DNA of 64,000 bases from Utricularia gibba (lineage: Eukaryota > Plantae > Magnoliophyta): assembly GCA_002189035.1 (NCBI GenBank), contig CM007989.1, positions 1,860,001 through 1,924,000 of the forward strand, in the 5' to 3' direction. Position 1 is the stretch's first letter, and each line of letters begins with the position of its first letter. The position numbers and the translations under genes are program-made. The notes under the pieces were generated by a model that worked only from the letters and a program-made list of their open reading frames with translations, was not told where the DNA came from and made no database searches. Below, piece by piece: positions 40,863 to 53,602 of this stretch.

Positions 40863-43800
40863 ATGGATATAGACCTTAGGTTACCTTCAGGGGAACATGA
40901 TAAGGAAGATGAAGGAGAATCCAACGGGATTGGTAACATGCTAGATGACGAGGGCAAACCCCTAACTGTTGAAGGGGCTTGTGTAGGTATGGGGATTGTA
41001 GAGGACAAGTCACTTATTGAGGCTACAGAGAATCAAAATGCTTCTCTGCAGGACACAGATTTTAAAGATGTTGCAATTCTTGAGCCCCTTCCAGGCATGG
41101 AGTTTGCTTCACATGGAGACGCCTATGCTTTTTATCAGGAGTATGCTAGGTCTGCTGGCTTCAATACAGCAATTCAAAATAGCCGCCGCTCTAAAACATC
41201 AAGAGAATTTATTGATGCAAAATTTGCATGCTCTCGATATGGAACAAAACGTGAATATGAGAAATCTTTGAATCGTCCAAGGGTTAGACAAGGAAGCAAC
41301 TATGATGCTGAGAATGCTTCTGGCCGCAGGGCTTGTGTGAAGACGGATTGCAAAGCTAGCATGCATGTAAAGAGAAGGTCTGATGGGAAATGGATAATCC
41401 ACAGATTTGAGAAAGAGCACAATCATGAATTGTCACCCGCTCAAGCTGTGAGTGAACAGACAAGAAGGATGTATGCTGCAATGGCTCGCCAGTTTGCTGA
41501 ATATAAAAGTGCTGTTGGTCTTAAGCACGACAACATTGGGCAATCTGAAAAGTTCAGAAATATGGCTTTAGATGCAGGAGAGATGAATACTCTGTTGGAG
41601 TTTTTTGTGAAAATGCAGGATCTACATTCCAATTTCTTTTATGCTATAGACATTGGTGAAGATCAACGTTTGAAGAATTTTTTATGGATTGATGGGAAAA
41701 GTAGGCATGACTATGCATACTTCAGTGACGTTATATCCTTTGATACCAGTTATATTAAGAATAAGTATAAAATGCCTTTAGCTCTCTTTGTTGGGGTCAA
41801 TCATCATTATCAGTTCATGTTACTCGGGTGTGCTTTGGTGTCTGATGAGAGTGAAGCTACATTTTTGTGGGTCATGAGGACATGGTTGAAAGCAATGGGT
41901 GGCCAAGCTCCGAAGATCATCATTACTGATCAAGACAAAGTAATGAAGTCTACAGTTTCTGAGGCTTTCCCATCAACTCTTCATTATTTTAGCTTGTGGC
42001 AGGTTTTGGGAAAAGTTTCTGAGATACTGAACCATGTAACCAAAGAGAATGAGAGTTTCATGCCTAAGTTTGAAAAGTGTATTTATTGGTCGTCAACTGA
42101 TGAGCATTTTGATAGGAGGTGGAGAAAATTCGTGGAGAGATTTGGTCTAAAAGAAAATGAGCTAATCCTATCCTTGTATGAAGATCGTTCAAAGTGGGTG
42201 CCTTGCTTCATGAAAAATGGCTTCTTTGCTGGGATGTCTGCTGGTCAACGATCAGAGGGCGTGAACTCGTTCTTTGACAAGTATCTACATAGGAAGACGA
42301 CAGTGCAAGAGTTTCTGAAACAGTATGAAGCAATTCTGTTGGACAGGTATGAAGAAGAAGCAAAGGCGGCTTCTGAAACATGGAACAAACAACCCATTTT
42401 GAAATCCCCCTCTCCTTTTGAAAAGCATGCGGCTGGCCTTTACACTCATGCAGTTTTTAGGAAATTTCAGGTCGAAGTCCTGGGTGCTGTGGCCTGTATT
42501 CCTAAGAGGGAAGATCAGGTTGACAAAACAGTTAACTTTAAGGTTCAAGATTTTGAAAGGAATCTAGAATTCGCAGTTACATTAAATGAGACAAAATCTG
42601 AGATTTGCTGCATTTGTCACTTATTTGAATATAAAGGATTTCTTTGTAGACATGCAATGATTGTTCTTCAAATATGTGGGATATCTGCAATCCCATCTCG
42701 ATATATATTGAAAAGGTGGACCAGAGATGCAAAGAACAGATACTCGCTGGGAATTGGACCTGAACACTTGCAGTCAAGGATGCAAAGGTATAATGATCTG
42801 TGCCAGAGAGCAATGAAGTTAGGTGAAGAAGGATCATTGTCACAAGAGAGTTACTCTCTTACACTCCGTGCTCTGGATGATGCTTTTGAGAACTGTTTGA
42901 ACGCTAATAGCACGAACAAGAATCTCCTAGAAGCCGGTTCTTCTGCCTCACCAGGTATTTTGTGCATTGAAGAAGACATGCAAGGCGGGAGTTTGAATAA
43001 GACCAATAAGAAGAAAACCGCTGTCAAGAAAAGAAAGGTCTGCCGTGAGTTCAATACTATCTAGAAAACCGATAATACTTTTATCCGCTGAATTATCATT
43101 GTTGCAGGGAAACATGGAATCTGATGTAATCGCAGGTGGTGCCCCAGATAGCTTGCAACAAATGGTTTGACTTCAGTGTTATAACATTTAGCCCAATGTG
43201 CTTAATCTTTCCTGTGATTCTTCTGATTAATTTAGTTTGCTCTTTCTAGGATAAAATAAGTCCCCGGCCTGTTACTCTCGATGGGTTTTTTACTCAACCA
43301 GCCGTACAGGGAATTGTAAGAAGCTTAGCTACTAAAGCCAAGCATGATAGTTTTACAGGTTGTAATGAGCTCTCAGTATTGTTTTATGTAGGTCCAGTTG
43401 AACCTAATGGCTTCTACACGCGATAACTACTACGGGAACTCACAAACCATTCAAGGATTAGTATGTTATCACAAATAACTGCTAGTCTGGATTAAAAACT
43501 TTCTGGGGTTTATATTTATGCTCGTGATTACTTTTTTCTACAGGGCCAGCTGAGCACTATCGCACCAACCCATGATGCTTATTATGGCGCTGCTCCCACC
43601 ATGCACGGAATGGTACATGTTTCCTCCTAGTCTGCTTTCAGCCACTCTTCCTACTCCCGTGATAGTCTTCAGTTTTTATTCTCCTAGGGACAAATGGATT
43701 TCTTCCGCGCCTCCAATTTCGGCTACGGCATTCGGGTTAGCTTATCTAATGACACTGATTCAGAATTCATAATCACTCCATCTATCTCCTTAACCAAGTG

Positions 43801-43877
43801 TTTTTTTTTTTTTTTTGAAGGATGACCCCAACGCCAGATCAGCGCAGTTGCATGACAATGCATCAAGGCATGCATGA
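40863..43877 (+). CDS. FHY3: FAR-RED ELONGATED HYPOCOTYL 3 / FAR1-related transcription factor (domesticated MULE transposase)
   Basis: [11 protein letters not shown]-terminus, FAR1 DNA-binding domain (FACSRYG...[12 protein letters not shown]...EHNHEL), MULE domain, SWIM finger ([15 protein letters not shown]), and short Gln/Gly-rich 3' exons ending LHDNASRHA*. Confidence 0.92.
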
Positions 43878-45008
43878 CAATGATAGGAAACAAGTCCTCT
43901 TGTTCTCACCCCTGAGTGCTTCCAATGAGGGCCCTCTTTCTGCAACCAGTCGCGCCAAGGCAGCAGAAGGTCCACCCCAGGGCTCTGTTACCCAATACAC
44001 GAACGTAAGATCCATTAACTTACAGAAAAATTCCCCAGTTTGTTTCATTTTCTTTTTAGTAGATCAGAAGAAAGCCTGCTCTGCCTGTTAGAGGATGAAA
44101 TTCACTTCTGCTGTGTTGTTTTTTTGTGTTGTGTATAGAGTTATCAATGGCTTCGTTCTTAGTGTGTATTTGGTCACCAAAGTCATTAATATATTAAATC
44201 ATTATTTTTTGGTGCAAAATTCACAGAGTTAAGGAGAAAACTTCTAGAAAAAATTACTCCACACATTTGCAAACATGGTCTAATATGCCCCTGGAAATTT
44301 GGGCACCTGAAATTGTTAATCCAAATTAGTTATGAATACGTCAGCCCTGACAAAAGGAAATTATTATAATGCCCTTCTGTTCCACAAAGGGTCCCCCACG
44401 TTTGTCATGTTGGGGTCATCGCCCTTCATTGAAGTCTTCGTTGGGGCGTGAGCACGCAGAAGGATGATCGTGCGCTGCCTGATTCTGGCGCCGAGCATTA
44501 AAAGAAAGCTGGAAAGTTTGGAGCTGCCCGTGGGATGAAGAGCGGCAGTTTTGCTGTGCACAGTTGTCCTCGCTTGGAGGACTGAGGTACGCAACCGACC
44601 CATCACGGAGTTTTACTGCCGTTCTTCTCGTTGGGTTTCTCTCCTTTTTATAGCTTGTCATTTCGTTGTGCTTTGCTTTCTTTGCCGCGGCGTGAGCTTT
44701 TGGGTATCGGGAGGGATTGACTATCTTTTCGAGGGGACGACGGAGGTCGAACCCTTGAACAAAGAGCGCAGATGGTGTAGCTTGCTTATTTCTTTTGGCT
44801 AATTGAGAAGTTAAGGTTTGAAGGAATTGGCACCGATTTCTGTTCCCGTCAGTAATGAATCGCGTTTCGTTTCCCGTTCTAGGTTTTGCTTACAAATGGA
44901 AGGAGCTTTGTGGCCGTCATTAGCTTCTAAAGCAATAATCACGTAGAAATGAGCGTGGATCAGATTTGTTGATGTTGGAAAACATTTTGGCCATTTTTTT
45001 TATATAGC

Positions 45009-47219
45009 ATGGAAGAACCAAATGCAATGACTGTTGAATCTCTTCGAGCAAGGTTGTTATCCGAGCGATCTATTTCAAAATCTGAGAGGGAAAGAGCTGA
45101 TCTTCTGGCTCAGAGGGTGTGTTCTTCAATCTTCACCTAATTTCTTTTTTTTTTTATTTCATATAGTAAGTGGGTCTTGATATGTTTGGGGCCTAGTGGA
45201 ACTTTTAGCAATGGTCATCTGCATCTTAGTTCAGCAACTATGTGATTTTGTATACTCTAAATTTGATGACATGTTTAGGTATCGGAACTTGAAGAGCAGC
45301 TAAATGTTGTCTCCCTTCAGAGAAGAAAAGCTGAAAAGGCAGCGGCACATGTTCTTGCCGTTCTTGCAGACCTTCAAATAAGTCATTTGTTAGATGGACT
45401 CGATTCGACTTCTGAGTTGGACGAAAGCACAAAAGCAGAGAGTTCTTGTAATGGTTCAATGTTGTCTAACGAAACATTGCCAAACCTGAAGTCAGCAGAA
45501 AATGAATCGGAGGCCTTATCAGGTTCTGGATTTGAGTATTCTCCCTCAACTGGTCGAAAATTGCCTTGGAGAAACAATAAGGATTCTTCGCATTCCCCTG
45601 AGAAGAAGACATTCATGGACATGGCTAGACAAAGAGCTATTAATTCTTCAAGTGGTTATTCTGCCAGAAGGACAGGGAAATCACATCGCAGGATAAGGCG
45701 TAGGGATACCAGGTGATTTTCTTTCACCCCTGTATTCTCTCATATATTTTCCTGTACTTTTTTCCTAATTTACAGGAAACAGCATTCAGTCGGTGGCTGT
45801 TTATTCTGACTTTTGAGTATCTTCTGTTTCAGATCAATAGATGAGTTTCTAACGGAAGGCTGTGAGAAAACGACATGTTCCAGAGATGCTTCGAAGTGTT
45901 CTGCAGGTGAGAGTTCTGCTAATAGAGAAGGTTCTGAGCATGACGATGGTGAAAAACAAGGGAGCTCCTTAGTTTCAGATGAACCAAGCAAAGATGATGA
46001 TGGAAATTATTTTGGTCGGTGTGTAAGTCATGATAATGTTGAGGGCTCTCCGCATAGCCAGAACAACTCACTGGTCACTTGGATGAGGAACTGAATGCAC
46101 GGAGACAATGGGAGGAGAATATTACAGGATATAGTAGCGGTATGCAGGTAAAAGTTCCCTGCTTTTTTCGGTATACTGAATTTATTCTGTTTTTTTTTTT
46201 TTTTGTAAAGCTGTTCATCTCACCTGTTGTTACTGTTGATGGTTCCACTCTTCATGCTCTTCCATGGGGTTTTTCTTATTTATTTCCTTTAAATGAGTTT
46301 CCAGGATTCATTTGATCCCGCAAACCATTCCGACATCACAGAAGAACAATGTGAAATGAAGACCCCTGAAATATCATTATCATTTGCTCCCGAAGCATTG
46401 GCTGCAGATCATCATCGGAAAAATGAACTCTCAGCAGATGCGGGGTTCAGTGAGGATCCCCAGGTTTCTGAAAGCTCTTCATCAACAACAAATCCTCACA
46501 AAAGCACCTTGCAGGATCAGCAGCAGAGAGCGAACTTGCCTTCACGAGACTTTACATTTCATGAGTTTTCATTCCCTGTTTCAAGAGAGCAAACTGGTCA
46601 GACTCATGGACATCCTACCCCTTGGCACCTCGAAAGATGTTCAGAAATCTCAAGCGGTGTAGCAGCCACCCTTCAACAGCTTAAACAAGCGAAAGTGCTT
46701 TTGAATCAGGAGAGCAGCAACTCGGTTTCCCTAGGGAATAATATTATTAAGCAGTCAGGCTCTGGAAGGGGGAAGGAAGAAAAATTCGAATTACCCTTCG
46801 TCACATCTTCACTTTTCAGAATCCCCGTGGATTATGAATCAGGGGTAGCTGCTGTGACTGATGCTCAGTTCAGGGGGAGCCCCGGATTAGATTCAGTTCA
46901 TGATCCTCCTGAAATCCCAGAAAGCAAGTCGCACCTTTCCAGTACAGTGTTCGAGTCCAGGAGAGCCTTCTCTTTTGCTGATGCACCCCGAACCGCGTAC
47001 TCGGGAGCTACACCATCTGAACAGCAGTGGCGCATTCCTCTCGACCAGGCGAGACAGAGTGATGAACCAGCCACAACACAGGGAGTTGGCCATTTTGGTG
47101 CACATTATTTTGGCCATGCTCTTCCACCAGAAAAGAGTGGCTATCCATTTCTCCTGGATCCTGCTCTCATGTTGGGTACCAAGGGAGCCTCTACACGACT
47201 AAAAAATATGTATCGCTAG
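45009..47219 (+). CDS. Uncharacterised plant coiled-coil protein (At3g52240-like); start uncertain, apparent frameshift at ~46045-46070
   Basis: MTVESLRARLLSERSISKSERERADLLAQRV|SELEEQLNVVSLQRRKAEKAAAHVLAVL matches a recalled uncharacterised family. A possible extra coding exon lies at ~44896-44942. Confidence 0.75.
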
Positions 47220-47597
47220 CCTTCACCAAGTGCTGCAGCACTGGAGAGTAGTTGCTTTCGGCTGTTTGCATCTTGGGTCCGTACCAACCCAACCACACGT
47301 CACTGTAGTCCTGGATGGACACTTCAGTTGAAGTCATCACTACACGATGAAAATATGTGTTGGGTATTTGATTTAAGAAACCACTTTTCTACACAATACA
47401 AATGGTTTGGTTTTCCATTATGGGGATTGCATTTAACAGTAACCGCAATTATGAACCTCATTTGTGGGAACTTGGGATGGTATAATGATGACAAACAATC
47501 TCAGGTTCGTAGGGAACAAGAGGAACAAAACAGAGAAACAAGCCGTAGGAGAGATTGATAGATAGATACAAGAAGAACAGAACAAAAGGAACAGGTT

Positions 47598-50500
47598 TCA
47601 CCGCTTTTGGAAGTTGAGGAACTTGATGCCGAATGCAAATACCAGACAGAAGAAGACAGCCCAGACGACATGGACTCCGGCAACGACGCCCAGGAAATCG
47701 TAACTGAATCCCAATGCGTTGTCGAGGTAGTCCCGGAGAGGGATGGGTGTCGGGTTTCCGGGAACTGCAACCGTGCCGTCGATGTCGCCCACCTGAGACG
47801 TCACCAAGCCGTATATCGTCCACGACACCGGAGAGGCCCAGTAGTACCACCTCCACCAAATTGGAATTCGCTGCAAGTTCAAGAAATGGGGATGAGACCT
47901 CACACCCTGCCGTGAAAAAAGACTGAACAGTTGAGTTCTCGCTTACCTGTCTCGGTATGAGGAAGCCGGCAAACAGGTTCCAGAAGCTAAGGAAGAAGGA
48001 CATCACGATGGCGGCAATTTGGTAGTTCGGGGTGAGGGCTACAAGCATCATTCCGTATGCAGTGAAGTAGACGAAGCACATGAACACGAAGAAGTAGAAC
48101 CAGAAAAACCTATCAGCCCGCCATTCGAATCCGATCATGGCGTAGAGTATGAGGCTGTATATGAATGTCTGTATGCCCACGTATATGGTTTCAATGGCCA
48201 CCTGTGAGAAACGAAAGTCACCCTTGTTAGATGGCTGTGTTGCTGGCTCTCAGCAATATCATTTAGAAAAGTAGAGTCTTTTATTCTTCTCACCTGCGCA
48301 AATGCGTATGGCAAAGCAGAGTACATCCCAGCAGCTTTTTCACGGTAAAAAACAGTTCTTTCGACATCCACAACTGACTGCACAGAAGAAGTATTCGTCC
48401 CTCCGAGAAACATGACAGCTGCATACATGGCTCCGAGAAGGTTGGACAAGTTTTGTACAGTACTCCTGCAGAGGAAATCAATTTTTGAGCGAGATATGGC
48501 ATTTGCAATAACCATAGCGACTGAGCAAGTGTCCAGTGGCTTACGTCTCCCGCCCTTGTCTCCAGAACACAACACCGAAAATGATTCCAATAATGATGGT
48601 CATAAAGAAGCGCACAGCGTTGTACTGGGAGTGCCTCCAATATGACAAGCTGTGTTTCCAGAAGCAAGCTCTGCACTGGGAGAAGAATGGCTGAGCAAAC
48701 TGTGTTGGAAACTGGAGATCTTGTGATCCAGGTTCTGGAATACTTAGTCGCTTAATCAGCTCTTGGTTACTCCTGTGAGGGGAATGAATCCAAGAGAAGT
48801 GAGATCGACAAGATAAGAATGGAGAAGTTTGAAAATAAGGTGCTCTGCTGTCTATGATGTTCACCTGTAAAGATTCGAGTTGGCATACACTTCCGCAAAA
48901 TCAACGTCAAGCTGAGCTTCCATGGCCTGTGTGCTGATGTCGAGCATCCATGTTGCTGGATTATAGCCTTCTTTAATCTCAGGAACCCCAGGAACAGACT
49001 ATCAAAAGAAGGCATCATTTTACATGGTTACCTCAGAGCAAATAAGGAATGAACATATTCTCTGGTGCAAGACTAATCGTACCTGAAAGTACTCTACCAT
49101 TTGGCAGGATTGACGACCAAGAGGCCCCGCGTAAATAACCTGGCCTCCTCTTTTCATCAGCAACAACTGAAATATGAAAGAAGTTCACAATTAAGACCCA
49201 ACCGCCTTTTTACAAGAGAAGTGAAAACCAGAGTCAGTACCTCGTCAAAAGCTTCGAAGATATCTATACTGGGTTGATGAATTGTGCACACGACGGTCCT
49301 TCCTGTGTCGACAGTGTTACGAACAGTTCTCATGACAATTGCAGCAGCTCTGGCATCAAGACCTGACGTAGGCTCATCCATGAAGATAATAGAAGGATTG
49401 GCAACCAATTCTACAGCTATGGTGAGCCGCTTTCTTTGTTCTGTTGATAAACCATCCACCCCAGGAAGCCCAACTAAAGCATTTCTCAAAGGCTGTAACT
49501 CAATCAACTCCATAACTTCCTCCACAAACATCTGTCATAAAATTATCATAAGAATAAACATCCACTAAAATGCCAACCATACACAAGGTTGTAGTCAACG
49601 AACCTTTCGTTTTGCGGTGTTTACTTCAGGAGAAAGCCGCAGCCAGGCGGAGTAGGCAATGGACTCATATACAGTTACATGTGGGGAATGAATGTCCATT
49701 TGTTCACAATAGCCACTAACACGAGCAAAAGTTTCCTGTTTCTTGGGATAGCCAGAGATACTAATAGAGCCTTCAATGTGTCCACCCGTTTTCCTTCCTG
49801 CTAAGACATCCATCAGGGTGGTCTTACCAGCACCACTCACACCCACTAATGCTGTTAGAACTCCAGGTCTAAAAGCTCCACTGACGTCCCTCAACAATTG
49901 AAGACGAGTTTCTTCAATCCCATTCTTTTTCATTTCCTGTGGAGTAATGCATTCACTTTGAACTACCATTCACGGTTGAAAGGTTATCAGAAGACAAAAA
50001 AAAATCTCATATTTTCCTACCGGTGGCATATCAACATAATAGTTCACGTGGTTAAATGCAAGCGACAGAGGTGTAAATGGGAGAACCATTCCTTTTTTCA
50101 CCCTTGAAGTCATTTCATATTCATTCGCGGAAGCCGCTTCTTGATCTGCAGCCATTAATATTTCATGAAACAAAAGTTAAAGAAGTCAAATCTAATACCA
50201 AAAAGAAACAATTCCTTGAGCTCGCATACCTCCAGCTTGGCTAGTACTCTTCTTCTTTTTGGAATCCTTGTCCGAAGTGATGAACTTTGAGTCTCCAATA
50301 GCTACATGTGTTTGCAAAAAAAATAAAAGAAGTGTGTTAAATAGGAGAATAACAAAAAAAAAAAAATTCATTGAAGGAAGAAGAGAAAAATGTTTATCTT
50401 ACGATTCAAATAGGTCAATGACAAGATAAAGAGGACGTTGAAGAGAACAGAGAATGCAAAGAGGGCAGCAACGCAAACCCAGTACATGTAATCCTCCGTC

Positions 50501-53500
50501 CACATGCCCCTCAACCTCAGGAGAACCCTTCCAACGGTTGCATCTGGGTAAGTCGGATCAGTGTTTGGCTGAAACAATGAAACAGGAATAAAAATCAAAA
50601 TCGATCACAACAACCTAACATTTCAAGGGTAGGATAAGATACGTACAGTGCTCCATCTCGGGTCAAGAAACTCATTTATGGCTATGGCATTCTGGCCATA
50701 AGTCATTGGAGAGATGTAGTAACCCCAGATCATCCATGGCTGAATGTCATCTGCAGCCATGAAGAGAGACATCTTAGATGATGCGTAGAGAAGTCACATA
50801 AATTCAACTCAAAATAGTCCACAGGAGAAAGCTTACTCCTTGATATAATAAAGCCACCAAGAACAAAGACCATCAGCAGAGTGAAGGTACCAAGAGCGTA
50901 GGCTACAACTTGTGTTCTTCCAAGTGCAGCAATAAATCTGAAGAGTGCTAGAGCCATTTGATGCAGAGCGAAGAATGCTAAAAACTGGCGGAAGAACCTA
51001 AGATCAAGTACAAAGCCAGCCTATAGTTCAGCAGCATGAAAAGGAAATACCTCAAAAACATGAAAAAGATGTTGCAAAAGAAAAGAAGATGATAATTTTT
51101 GGATTCATGGCTTAGACGTACCGACTAGGGTCAGGGGCAAATCCAATAGTATAATAGGTAAGAACGATCCATATAAGTGATTCGACAAAGGAAAGAGGGA
51201 TCTTCAGAAGCCATATTGGTAATGAAAAGGCCCAGGCAGGGTAAAACAGAGCATCCCTTTGTTTGAAGAAAACTGGGAGTCTGAGAACCGTCAGTGCCAT
51301 CTCAGCTGTTCCATTGAACATCACATTGATGAGACTGAAGAACAAGGCCCCATAAAATAAAGCACCATCTTCTAAGCGTCCAACACGCATATGACTTCGA
51401 AGGAAAACCGTAAAGGTGATTATGGACATTATGGTTATCTGAAATATCTTAAAGATATACAAGAAGGAGTTTCGCTTCATCAAAAGCCATTCCCTTGATA
51501 AGCACGCCTTGAATAGTTCCCGATTGGATATCCCGTACTTTTCAGTAACTAAAGCTGCAGGATGCGCCTTATTTCTCTCATAAGGCACTGCGAGTTCATC
51601 AAATAGCTTTTGTCCAACATGGAAAGAAGTGAAGCGATCAACAAACTCAGCAGATGAAACAAATTCATACGGTTTGTCCTTTCTGAACCAGTATTGTGCT
51701 TGATCTTTCACTGAGGTTACTTCTTGCAAAAAGTCTGCCACTCCCTTCCTCTCCGGGCATCTGAAACCAACACTCTCAAAAAACTGTAGGATGTTCTCAC
51801 GAGGACCTTGGTATACTATATGCCCTTCGGAAAGCAAAATAATATCATCAAAAAGTTCAAAAGTTTCCGGGGCTGGCTGCAGAAGGGATATGATCATTGT
51901 CAAATCCATGACGTGAACCATCTGCCTCATGTACTTGATAATTTGGAATGTAGTCGAGCTATCAAGACCAGTTGAGATCTCATCCATGCAGAAAACCTTG
52001 GAAGGTCCAACCAACATTTCACCTATGCCACCAAAAACAAACAAAAAAGGATTAGACAACTCCAGGTACTCCAAGTCCATGCCATAGGAATTAACTACTG
52101 TACACATGGCTCCATTCTATAGGCTCACATACCAGTTGTGACTCGCTTCTTCTGCCCTCCTGAAATACCCCTTCTCATCTCATCTCCCACTGGAATATCA
52201 GCACAAATGTCCAATCCAAGAAGCTGGATTCACACCACTTAAGTGAGAGCAGGCTCTTTATTTATGTACGAGGAAAAAAAAATCGCTAATATAGTACATG
52301 CGTACCTTAAGAGTGTAGTCAGTCACTAGACTGGACTCTTGGCCTGCTACTGCTGTGGCCTTCATGAAGGCATCAATTTCTGGGTCAGGTTTGATTCCTG
52401 CCTCCTTCTCTCGCCTCGACAATTCAGTAAGCAAGTCGTATCGGGTCCCAACTCCTAAGCAACGACCTGAAAAGTTGAGCGTCTCTCGCACAGTCATCTC
52501 CCCATGATGAAGATCATGTTGGCTAATATAGGAGCAGGTCCTCTGAGGAATGAACTCGGAAAATTCATGCCCACAATAGGTGACTTTTCCCTTTACCTAC
52601 TCATGAAACAAGTGTGAAAACACTTAATACCTTATGAAATAACAAAAATAAAATGGTAATCCCAGAGCGTGAGAGAAGGAAACACACACCCTAAGATCTT
52701 TATCAAGCTTCCCAGCCAGAGCCTTTAGGAATACAGTTTTACCAGCGCCAGGAGGTCCAAGAAGCAACGTCAGCCTTGATGATTGAAGGAAACGCACAAG
52801 AGTTTTTGCTTTAGCAAAAATTTCCATCGAGTAGAATCGAAAGACGCAGTCACTAACCTTGAAGGCTTTATGACTCCGCTGACATCATTAAGTATCTTGA
52901 TAGGCAGTTTCTTCGAGGGTAGGATCCTTACTTTCTCAAGCATTCCCTGGTTAAGGAAGATGGTTTTTCAAACAAACTGTAAGTGCGGAAGAAGAAGGGT
53001 GTTTCGGAAATACCTCTACAACGTTCAAGGTAGAGTTGAGCAGAGTAGGGAGCGCCCTGGATCCACTATATCCATCTCCTTCGACATACAAATGCTCATA
53101 GCGAACTTCGACTTTCGGTATGTCAATACCAACTCTGTTCAGAAAGAAAAGTCAAGGCAATATATATGAAGAATGTTAGGGAGGGGGAGAGAAAAGGAAA
53201 GTAGCAGTACCTGTCGGTTCTGTTCCTGAGCATCCTGAGGAAGCGTTCATTGTCTTCGTCAACAACCTTGAGCAAATTATCCATGAGGTGCCTCTTCTCC
53301 TGGATCCCAAGGTTGGCGAAATCAACCTCTTGATGAAAAATTTCCCCATCGTCCCTGACTTGCTTGAGAATCCCCTTCCTCGCGCGATCGTAGGTGGGGA
53401 GGCGCTCAATGGCCGCCCACATGAGCTCCTGCTGGTCATCGTAGTCCCTCCCGCTCCTCTGGAAAACATCCTTCCCGCTCACACTAAAAGCCTCTCTCAC

Positions 53501-53602
53501 ACTCGCCGAAAGCAAGCCCCTGGAGCCGACAGACGCAAAGCTGATTCGCCGAGTGGAGGAACGATGGCTGAGGTTCCTCGCCACCAGCTCGTCTTCCGCC
53601 AT
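47598..53602 (-). CDS. Full-size ABCG / pleiotropic drug resistance transporter (ABCG34/ABCG39, PDR6/PDR11-like)
   Basis: [26 protein letters not shown] (Walker A), [82 protein letters not shown]. Ends IKFLNFQKR*. Confidence 0.96.

Noticed and set aside
40863-43877. MULE transposase domain as an active mobile element
   Set aside because: No terminal inverted repeats or target-site duplication seen. The FHY3-specific termini and conserved small 3' exons indicate a domesticated host gene.
52947-52960. U12-type branch-point-like TTCCTTAAC in an ABCG intron
   Set aside because: Too close to the acceptor, and the donor is GTATTT rather than GTATCCTT; treated as an ordinary U2 intron.
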